Assembly (NCBI RefSeq): GCF_964355755.1
Contig: NC_092672.1
Span: 31,998,437 to 32,062,436 of the forward strand
From: Antedon mediterranea
Lineage: Eukaryota; Animalia; Echinodermata
DNA: 64,000 bases
Reading direction: 5' to 3'
The translations under genes were made by a program, and so were the position numbers. The notes under the pieces are model-generated. The model was given only the letters and a program-made list of their open reading frames with translations. It was not told where the DNA came from and searched no databases. Positions 13,942 to 25,900 of this stretch are shown here, one piece after another; position 1 is the first letter of the stretch, and each line of letters begins with the position of its first letter.

Positions 13942-16900
13942 TCAACGCTCTTCTTCATCTCCTCTCTCGTCTTCCTCCTCTTCGACCAGGAATGAAAAGG
14001 TTTGCTTCAATGTAAATCTCGTTGCTAAGAACCCTGGGAAGTCACTCCCGCGCATACTTGATGAAATGCTGCTTCCTGTTTGGATGGTCGGTGTTGATGA
14101 GAGATTTAACTGGTCACTGCTTCGCACGTTGATGATGGCACGACGGATTGTGTCTCGTTTATTTTCTGGAATCCCTAAATCAGCAATATCCTATAAAAAA
14201 AAGACACATAAATAGAAAACTTAAGCTCTGTCTACTATCAAAATTTATGTGACAAAAAATGTGATGTGCCCATATATGGACATGATGATGTTATATCACT
14301 CATCATAGGGCACAGACAGAGCCTTAGAGAATTTCTGACTTTTGCTAAGGTTCAATACATTGGATCAATTTTGCTTTTTTTGAACTCAGGCTAATTGATT
14401 ATTAAGCAAACATGTCAACCACAAAACCACAATTCCAGTACTAAAACTAAAATGCAACTACCCAAGCTACAGTGGTAATACCAAAAGATATACCTCCAAC
14501 TACATTACAACTATCCAAGCCAAGTGGTTTCCCCCCATTGTGCTTACCTGTGGAGTCTGAATTTCTTCAAGTTGGTAGAGATACATTATGTTTTGATCAT
14601 GAAAGTACTTGGTACATTCTTCACATCCAATGGACAATAACCAACTACGATAAAAAAAAATAACAACTATTTTAACAAGATTCAGTACATGTGTTCAGTC
14701 TCATTTGAGGCTTGAGAGAGTGGATTGAAAGAGTTGCGAGTTACAACCCTAGCACTAGGTCAGGAATGAACCCTGGATCTTGGGATTGAAAAAGCATGTT
14801 ACAACTACTATGCAACAGCTCTACTACGTTTTCATAAATTCCCAATTGGAATAATGTAATTGTTGATATCATTAATAGTAACATGAGACAGAGGTCGAAG
14901 TTCAGAGTTTAAGGTTCAGGTACAAATGTGTGTCCTATTTAATATAACTACCTTGCTATACTCATAGTAGCTTGTGCGTAGTGCTGTCCTTGCCCCTCCC
15001 TTTTGACTGGCGTCGACTCTGGATGCTCTTGGCTAGACGAAACCTCATTACAAGTCAAATCCATTGGAGTCGTTGTATTCGTTCTGGCTGCCGCACTTGT
15101 CGTAGGTTGTGCCGAATCTGCAAAATCTGCTCCAGTATGTTGAACTGGTAACGTTACTATATGTTGGAATGACGGCAAACTACCAAAAGACGGGAATGAT
15201 GGCATGGAAGGCATGGGATTCAGGGCCGGGCCGTTGGGAAATGAACTAAGCGTCGGCGCTTGTGACTGTTTAGAAGACCTAAAAAGATAAAAACAATGCA
15301 AGAATTATTTACACACATTTGTATTCTTCTTTCACAGAACAAGGAATGTGTGATTACATTTAACCAGCCTTTAGTTAGGGGGAGTATTTCGAACCTTCCT
15401 TTTCTTGAAGTGACCTTTCAAACTAGAGACAGAAACAGCAACATAACCGCAGCAACAAAACAGCAACACGGCAGCAGCAACATCAACAAAAATATGTAGC
15501 AACACAGCAGCAACTACAAAGCCGGCAACATAACAGCAACTACAAAAGCAGCAACACAGCATCAGCAACATCAACTAAAATGGTAGCAGCACAGCAGCAA
15601 CATCAACTACAAAGGCAGCAACATAACAGCAACTAAAAAGGCAGCAACACAACAGCAACTACAAAGGCAGCAACATAACAGCAACTACAAAGGCAGCAAC
15701 ATAACAGCAGCAACAGCAACTACAAAGGCAGCAACACAACAGCAACTACAAAGGCAGCAACATAACAGCAACTACAAAGGCAGCAACATAACAGCAGCAA
15801 CAGCAACTACAAAGGCAGCAACACAACAGCAGCAACTACAAAGGCAGCAACACAACAGCAGCAACAACAAAGGCAGCAACACAACAGCAGCAACTACAAA
15901 GGCAGCAACACAACAGCAGCAACAACAAAGGCAGCAACATAACAGCAGCAACACAACAGCAGCAACTACAAAGGCAGCAACACAACAGCAGCAACAGCAA
16001 CAACAAAGGCAGCAACACAACAGCAGCAACAACAAAGGCAGCAACACAACAGCAGCAACAACAAAGGCAGCAACATAACAGCAGCAACAACAAAGGCAGC
16101 AACATAACAGCAGCAACAACAAAGGCAGCAACACAACAGCAGCAACAACAAAGGCAGCAACACAACAGCAGCAACAACAAAGGCAGCAACACAACAGCAG
16201 CAACAACAAAGGCAGCAACACAACAGCAGCAACATTAACTACAAACACAGCAATGCTAACAAAAAATACAGAAATGAGAATACACTTCTCTTCTCCTTCA
16301 CAATAGTTTATTTTAATTAATTAAATATATTAGTAAATTATTTTACACAACCACCCACCTCATCCCTTCCCAATACCCATTTCTTTGCCATTCCAACCTT
16401 CCCTTTTCAAATATCTCCTTCTAGGCTATAACAGCCTTTCCCTTCCCCGTATCAACTTTCCCCTTTTTATTATTCATTTTTAGGCTATTCCAGCCTAGTA
16501 TCTTGATCCACTTATTATAAGCCACCGTCAAATAATATTCCCTTCCCTCAACCATCCCATAATTTCCCTTCTTAGCCATCCCAATATCCTCCTCACTAGC
16601 TATCCCATTCTCCTATTCAGTTATCTTCCCTGTCCATGCCCAGCACACACAAATTAGTACTATATAAAACAATCTACCAACTATAAAACCTAACTACATT
16701 GTAAATTCTGATCTACAGAAAACTACAAATAAATGAGGTTGTTTAATTAATTAAATCCTGGTTAATAACTAACTACACATCATAAAATGATTTCAGATGC
16801 ACTTTAAATAACCCAGTAAACCTTTCGGAAAATCTTTTTGGAAAAAAACATCTGAACACAACATCTTAAACTAATTAGGTATTTTGTCCAATGCCTAGTT

Positions 16901-19900
16901 AAAACATACATACTGTATATTTGAATAATAGGTACACATTATAAACAACATTACTAAAATTCAGAATGTTGAAATATAAAAAAGTGGATATTTCTACGTT
17001 AATAAACAATAAATTTAACATAATTAAGGTAACACAAATGCATAGGTTATCACAATTCTACTAAAGCAAGTAATACCTAGGATACCCACTTACCTAACAA
17101 TCAAAACTTTCTTAAAATCAAAATGCAACATTACCCATTTTAGCTCAACACAAAAATGTTTTTGTTGTTTTTTAACACCATAAACACCAATTACAGGGTG
17201 ATAAACAATTATTAATTAATATGGAATATACCATATAAAAATATTGAAAAATTGAAATAAACTATGATACATTATAGCCTACACATTTCATCAATTTGTC
17301 CAAATAAGGGAATTCATTTTACACAGTATAAAAATAAAAAACACAATTTGTACAAACATTAAAACAATAGATTAATTAAGTGATATAAAATGAAATATAA
17401 AAATACAATTGAGAAATGCGACTGCATAATTATTTCATTTACAAAAATAAAAGATCAGTCCATCTTTTTACAGAAAAACTGTAGTTTGACAAAACAAATA
17501 ATTTGTACTCATGCTATTATTGGTCAATGTTATTATAGACCAAGAACAGTGTTCTCCCGAAACAGGATTTGCCCGCAAGATTTGCCGGAATAAATTGTCT
17601 CCAACCGGTATAAAAAATTAAAGAGAAAATAAAAATAAAAATCAAATGTAGACATAAAAGAAACACATATCTACTAATACTAGTGGTAGGTTAGGCCTAC
17701 TGTAGCCATTAAAAACAAACAAGAGCTGTCAGAGGCTACAGTATATTTTTGTCAATTTGCCGGACTTCTATATTAGGAGAACACTGAAGAAGTAAGTATT
17801 TTTTCCAAAATTACTGTGTAACTAGTGAACATAGTTTCAACACTTTCAACTAGTAGCAGTAGCAATTATGAAAAATTCACTAGCAAACTGCTTGTCCAGT
17901 TGGTTTGCTAGGGTGAATTTGGTAACTGGTTTTGTCAGTGAAAGAGATATTAGTCAGGCCTTGTCTTTTAAGGCGATCACACTCCTAAACTGCCCTTGAG
18001 GAGTGCAATTTACAACACGCTTTAAATTTGGTAAACTTCTACACACCACCAAAATACAAACAGAACACACCCCTGAATGTATTGAGGAGTGCAATTTATA
18101 GCACACCTATAATTTTCAAAAGACAAGGCCTGATTAGTAGTACAAGCACAACAAGGCTATAGCAATTAGTATGTGTACATTTCTAGTAAATGTTACTATA
18201 CCTAATAAAAGAACCGTTACATAACATAAAATGTACGCTATATTACTAACCAGTGTTGCACATAAATCCTTAAGTAAGCAAGCTTGCTTTCTGGTAGTTT
18301 TGGGCCATAAATGTGAAAATATAGGGCCTAGCCTCCTTGACTATGGGCAATATGCACTGCATTTCATTTCAAATCCTGTAAACTTTCATATACCCGCATT
18401 TCTGTTTTTTCTTTTCTTAATTGTACGCATGATTTACGTATGACTCTACAGCTAACTATGTCGGTCAGTTGGTCGGTAAACACTAACTCAAATTTAAGCA
18501 CGCAACTGCAGCCATATCTATGGTCTTGCTTTGTATAAAAAATAATTATGAATTTTTAGTTTTTGAATGAATGATTAATGCCCTATTTTATTTAAAATAT
18601 ATGCATTTACCTTTTAACATTTTTAGAAAATTTAGTTTAATTTACTACATAATTATATTATATTTACATAACTAATTATGAATTAAACCTGATTTTACAA
18701 GCAATAACCCACCCATCCCTTCCCATCCTTGACAGAATAGCACTTGACTGATGCCCATCCCTCACCATCCCTTAACCCCTAACATTTAATAACTCCTTAA
18801 GAAACTTGAATACAACCCTTAACTCTTCCTCTCATATCTGAGGTTATTATTACACTGAAAATCTAGCACAAGGTAATCTGGTGCATAAAAAGTCAAGGTG
18901 TTCAGGCATGCAATTAAATTGTGTTCATTGGTTAACGTAAAAATCACGGTCATGTCTGTTCATCTGTCAACCAGGATCCAATCAAAAACAAAGAAACATG
19001 TTTGTAAATCAATACTCTACAGCTTGCAGTACGGACTGTAGATGGCGTATTAGCTAAATAATAAACACAAACTATATACGCTGCGTGCATAACGCTTCCG
19101 TTATTAAAAATGCGAGTTTGAACAAATCCTAAACCTCTTAAGTGTAAGAATTTCAGCCTTGAGATTTTTTTTTGTAACCTTTGACCTGGAGTTTTTGAAC
19201 AACTTGGAAACTTAATTTCTGGAATGCGTCGAATGGATAATAGCATGTTTGATATCAGATGGGCGGAGCTTATTTGACACATGTCAATCAATCAAATCAC
19301 TATTCTCTTTCTTTATCCTCTTTAATCTGAAAAATTTGCAAAAATAAGAATAATTTTAGAGATGTTCAAACCAATTTCAATCATCAATTTTTTTAGTACA
19401 TTTCTTTTAAACTTAGTTTTGGAAAAAGGTAAAAAATTGAAATTACCTTTAAAAATTGTTCTTTATGAAAGAGGATAGGCTTGATTGATTTCAGGTGAAA
19501 AATATGACCTTATCATAGAATCTGATAAAAGCTGACTGGATGTCATGATCAGCTACTTTTTACATGATTTAATTGTCTTAATGCAGTAAAATAAAAAACT
19601 ATTTTTTTCTGCACTTTCACCAAAATATCTTGAGGCCTCACGATGCCCACTGATGACTGTGCAGTGCAATTAAAAGAATCTTACTGTTAAAGCTATGTGA
19701 GACAACATTGCTAAAAGGTGGTCTTTTGGTTAGGTGCTCTGCATGTACTTGCTAGTTTTGGGTTCAACCCATTTGTTTTTAATAGTTCCATTGCACTTAA
19801 TCCTATTGGCCAATACTGTACCACACCATATCACGATCTGTATGTCAGCAAGTTTATAATAATACCCTGGATTTATAAAGCGCCTGATGTTGTGTAAACT

Positions 19901-22900
19901 ATATGTTTTATCTTGCTAAGCTTATCATAATGATATATGATATTGATATGAACATATCTATTGTTTTTACTACCTACTACTATTGAAAATGAAACCTAAG
20001 TGAGCGATCTAGCTTCAATTTCACCGTTTACTTAACTAATTGCAATGTGTCCTGTTTCTCCAATGCTATAAGATGGTCAGAGTTCACAAGTAATTTCAAT
20101 GTTGCTTTTTTCTAAACACAAAATACATCATAACATGGTTGTTATGTTATTAATACCTGGTTGTTTACTACCAATATCAATATTGCGGTTTTCACACAAC
20201 ACCAATATACAACCTTAAATTATCTTATAATAATGAACTTTTTATTTTCACTAACACACATCACTCAATACTGACACTCAAAGACATACAAAAAGACCAC
20301 TACAGTGACCAATTGACCAATCTGAATGCATGTTTGACCATACATGGTATTTTAAGTCGATTTTACCGATATTGACCGAAAATCCAAAAATTACGGAGCT
20401 TTTTTTCGAAAAATTTCCAAATCATAGTATATTGAACTGAAGAATCCAGAATGTTGATGTTTAAAATACTGTTTTATACTAACTTTATTTTGTGCACGAG
20501 ATGAAAACTAAAGTTTGTAACACCAAAACGACCACGTAAAAAAAATGCATTGGCGTTTTCAAACGTATTTTCATTAGTTTGTGAATTCCGGTTTTTGGAA
20601 TACATTCTGGCAATTTCAGAAAGTTTGGTTTCAAGAGGAGTTGGTTCGAATCAATACTTACTCTTTTTTAAGATGTCTGTGTATACCACTGGACTGCCTC
20701 CTTAGATCTGGTGGTATACTTCTCATCAACTCCAGGGCCTCGTTTATTTTTTTCAACATTTCATAATTCTCTCTTCCTTTAACCTACAATTAATAATATA
20801 ATTTTGTAATATTAATGTAATTATAATGTTAATGTATTATAGTATATTAAAAAAAAACAATGTTGTCTCAATGCACTGTGGACTAGGATTACACTTTTCA
20901 ATTACATGCTTTCCCCCCACCCCCAAGAACCATGTCAAGTCGGGGATGCTAACCACAGTGCTATTTCGTCTGTCCACAACATTGGCTGTGTGATCTACGT
21001 ACACTACTCGTTAACTATGTACTGTAAACCACTGGCGGATCCAAGATTTGGCAGCGCAGGTGAAGGCGGCGCCTAAAAACTGTGAAATGAATTGCAGAGT
21101 TTAAATTGATATCTTATCTTTTGCATTCTATTTTCGAAATTGTGGGAGGGCCTGGGTCACCTGGCCCCAGCCTTGAATCTGCCCCTATAAACTGTATATC
21201 AATTGATTATTATTCCTTAATCCTAGTTTGCTTTTGTCGGCTACTTACTGTAATAGTAAACAATTCATCATCTGCATTTAATTTTCTTTTCTTGCCAACT
21301 TGCGAAATTGTTTTTGTTTGTGTCGTTGTCACTTTTGCTATAAATAATAAAACAATTAGTTATGACTAGGATAAAATCTTTTTTTTAAATTTGTATTTAT
21401 CTGAAGAGATGGTCTTTGCAGATGGTCTTTGAACATAGCATAGTCAAATTTGTGGGTAAGCATCATGCTACTGTTCCATTCAAATAATAAATTTTCTTTC
21501 TCGCACAATAAAGTAAAGTTCACTATCATATATTATTTATCAATTTTAACAAACTTTGAAATAATTAAGTTTATCTTACTTCTTTTGTTCGTTCCCTTGT
21601 CTTTCAATCTCTTTTCTTTATTAGACTCGGCCTCATCATTCTTCCGGTCTCTTCCTGGACAAGCACATGGCCGGATTTCAATTACTCGCCTTCCCAATGT
21701 AGTACCGCTGAATGAAAGAAATGAAAACAGAGAATTAAAACTTTTAAAGCTAAATCATATCAAACCAATAATAATAATAGTTCATTCTTATATAGTGCAT
21801 GTAAGCAAGCTCTCAATGCGGGTGTACATAAATTAAAATAGACGAGAAGTGGCAATAATTTAAATTAATGAAAAAAGGAAAGATTTCAACTGGGTCTTGA
21901 AAGAGTAGTACACTCTGATTGAAAACTGGTAGGGAATTCTACAGAGTTGGATATAAAATAATTATATACAGAATGTAATCAAAGAGATTAAGATATGATC
22001 ATAAAGCAGCCAGTATCAAGTCTAGTGACAATAAACATTCTGCTGTATCGTGTCTGGTGACTAACCCTTTGAATAATCTCTTAATATATATCCCACATGG
22101 AACAAACATTGCTATCAAGTTAACATAGTCAACGCATATGACTTTTGTATTAACAATAAATGAAAATCCAATACTAAAAAACCAACCTTTGATCTTCTAA
22201 TGTAAAGATCAGCATAGCAGGTCTCCTGTTCATCCCGCCAACACACGAAATGGTGCATTTAAAAGTAAATAAATACGTTGTGAAATCGGCCCCAACCTGC
22301 GGGTTTTCGTAAGGCACCCGGATGCTAAGACGTCCTGTGCCCGGATCCTGGCAGTATTCCGCCTGTTTGTGCTCGCATATAAGTAGATGTTTAGCACACG
22401 GTTCTGTCGCAATAAAAAAAAAATGTGTAAAGCTTTGTCTACACTATCAAACTTTATGTGCATTATGGGAGTATGTTTCCATACAAGTTTGATCCAAAAA
22501 TGGCCGGGGTAATAATATGTACAGTACTTAGGTTTCACAACATTATAAATAATTTACTAGACTAGACTTTAAATCTTGAGCCAACCCAAATAATCATACT
22601 AAGGCAATCTAAGAGGATGCTGAGCTCTGAAGATCAAAGAGTATATCTGTGGCTGCAACACGATTAGTTCCAGTGCATGCAACAGAGAATACATAGTGTA
22701 GTACTGTTGGTAATTGTCGCAGCCAGACATAAGATCAAAGAACTGTTCCTATCTTGGACAGGCGAGTTCTGTGTCCTGTTAGATTGCCTTGGTCATACTA
22801 TACCTTTCGAGTCCTCTCCAGTATGGTTAGGACACCTTTTAACGATTTCTTGTACATGTGCAGGCTTCTTAAACACAGGCATCACACGAATGTAAAACTG

Positions 22901-25900
22901 CTCCCTCTGTTTTAGTTCCGCCTTAAACTGGATGGGAAATGATTTATCCTTATCTGCATACAGTTTGTTCAGGCGGCTAGAAAACTACGAAAATAATTAA
23001 TATTTTTAGTGTAACTCCCTAGTTTACTGGAAATTTAGATCTTACCAAGAAGGACACAAAGAGATGGCTACTTATAATAGTTTTCTGGTTTCATTACCAT
23101 GTACAAAGGGCATTTATCTACTCAGATCCAAGAAGTTCCATCCAAAGGTATGACAAGAAAGTCTCCAAAGTAACTCCCTAGATTACTGGAAATTCAGATT
23201 AGACAAGAAAGTCTGCAAATGTATACTTACCGTCCAACTTGCACTCTTTGCCACTGTCTGGGCATGCTGCCCCATGTAAATCTGGAAATTAGCATTTCCA
23301 GGGTAGTCAGTACTAGAAAGAACACAAAAAAAAGGCAAAATATAAACTTGGCGAGGTAATAAGGCATATATCTATTACTTTATGGCTCAAAATTCATGCC
23401 AGAAAACCAGAAATTTGCTAGTAGATTTGTTCATAGCTTTATGGTTTATTACAATAAAATATATTGACATTTCAGAATCAAGTACGATTTAATCAAATCA
23501 CAAATGATCTTTCAGGCAAAATGCCAATAGCAAATTTCATCATTAGTAGTATAATACACTGACAAATGGTGTACATAGATACATTAGCATTAAATAAGTG
23601 GAGTGCAGTTGATTTAGTCAATGCAAAAATGGATTTTAAGATTGATCGAGCCTTAGTAAAGCATAGAGTACTGTAACATATTAGAAAGTACGTAAAATGT
23701 GGGATTCCATGGTTTTTAGTTTGTTGTTGTTAAATTGCACCTTTAATGTAAGAAAATAAAACTATTTATGTAAAAAATTATTAAAAATGATTTCATGTGT
23801 ACGTAAAATCCAGGAAACGTAAAATCAGGGTACATAAAACAATGGTTCTACTGTAATCCCTTTCTTCTGTCATTGTCTGTATGTCTCTCAACATTCTGTT
23901 ATACTTACTTTGAGGGTATAAACTGTGAGGCCGCCCCACACGGTGAGTACGGTGGGGGCGGCATGGCGTCCCCTTGTTGGTAATTAGCATCACCTCCTCC
24001 TCCTCCTGGTGAAACAGCGTTCATACTCAACACGTTTGATGGTGGCTGCAAAAAAATAATAAATCCTCAATCAATTATCATAATCTGTAAACCAAAACTA
24101 CAATAGCATACATCATTAGGAAGTATAATATATTAACAAATGTCATTGTTTTAACTACATGAAAATAAAAATAAATGATCTCCAATACAGGGAAAAATTT
24201 CATTTGAAAATTTTGTTTAGCAAAATTGCTAATCAAACTGATTTTTTAGTCAAGAAATATAGTTTTGTATTGTATTTTTTGCTACACAATTGTAGAAATG
24301 TGTTAGCAAAAAGGTTGTTTTGTATAGCTTTTTGCTATGTTACACTGGCGAAATTATTCCCTGTCAATATCAAACAGAATAGGAGAAAACCCAAAATTAA
24401 TTAATTATTCGCCCTCAGAACATTGTGAATGGCGATCATATGATATAACTTTAAATTAAATTCTATGGCTGAATAAAAAAAAGTGATGTGCCCATACATA
24501 GACATGATGATGTCCTATTACTACCATATTTGGGTATATCACTGTTATATTTGGGTATATCACTGCCATATTTGGGCACATCACATTTTTTTGTCAAACT
24601 AGTTTGATAGTGTAGACAGAGCTTAAGACTAGTCAATATACAACCCTGGGAGATTTTGTTGGGTCCAGAGATATCCCCATAAAAAACCTTTAGCTAGTTA
24701 AAAATACTCTATGACTTTACTAAGTCAAAAATCTAGTTTATCATTTATCACTGTCTTGGCCGCCACGATTTAACACTTTAATACAATAACCAGAAATGAA
24801 TCATTTAGAAAAAATTGAATACAATTACAATGAAGCAATTATTATTTTTGTTGTTAATAACTCAATGTCATAATGCATTACAGCAAATTATATCAATATC
24901 ATATAACTGCCAAATTTTTTAGGGGGCAACATTAAATAAAATTGTATATAACCTTCTCTATGTTATTAACTCAAAATAATTGTGAAATACACGCTCTATG
25001 TTTATTTTTTCGCCAAATTGAATTAGGCTTTCCTGTACTACATCAACCATAAAATACCAATAACCACAGGTTTAGGTTAATAATGCTGAAATTAAATAAA
25101 GGCTATTTTCCCCTCAAAACAGGCAATTTAATTTTTTTTTATACATGTAAAATAATTTTAACTTTGAAACCATAAATCAATTTTTAAAGATGTATTTTGA
25201 AAGTTAATAAAAATCAGACTAGGTCATTTTGTAGCTTCTTTCTAATTAAAAAAAACTCAAAAATGTTTTCACGAAAACTCCACCAAAAACTGACTGGCAG
25301 CAAATTTTACTATTTTTTTACTTTAAAGCCCCCTTCCCTACGTTTTTTAGATCTAATTTAAGATCACAAACTATATTTAATGTAAAAATAATACTATATG
25401 GTCCTATTGTGATAACTTTTTTCGTCTTTAAACGGTTAAAAATGTGAAAAATAAGTCGATTCTAATAATTATAGCGGCCCGCTATAAATCCCAAAATGCA
25501 TTGCGCGCGGATTGATATTTTTGTTTTTCACCTGTAATTCGCCCACTTTTCGATCGATCGTGAGGCCAAAACAAATGGAAGACTCCTAACTTTTCAGCGA
25601 AAATACCGGGTTTTCCCCAATTTGTATCAACGGAGTCTGCCAAAAATAGAAAGACAATTAATGCAGCAACTATACAACGTCAGGCTAGGTGTATAGCTAG
25701 CGTATGATGTTCGTACGTTACCGATGTTTACCAGCTAGGCCTACAAAACTAAGCCTAGCTAGGCTAGGCCTAAGACCGTCCACGAGAGGTCGATCGCCGC
25801 AAGCTACTTAGGTAGTGCATTGTTTCTCACTTTTTATCATAATTTACCATAAAACGTACATTTAAGACAAGGAATGACATGGTTTAATGTTTTTAAAGTG

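Noticed and set aside
13752-14015. Plus-strand 87-aa Ala/Val-rich ORF
   Set aside because: Antisense to the p53-family last exon and produced by the 48-bp repeat.
15371-16248. Cys/Leu/Ala/Val-rich ORFs in several minus frames
   Set aside because: Translations of the minisatellite; open in several frames, with no splice or family support.
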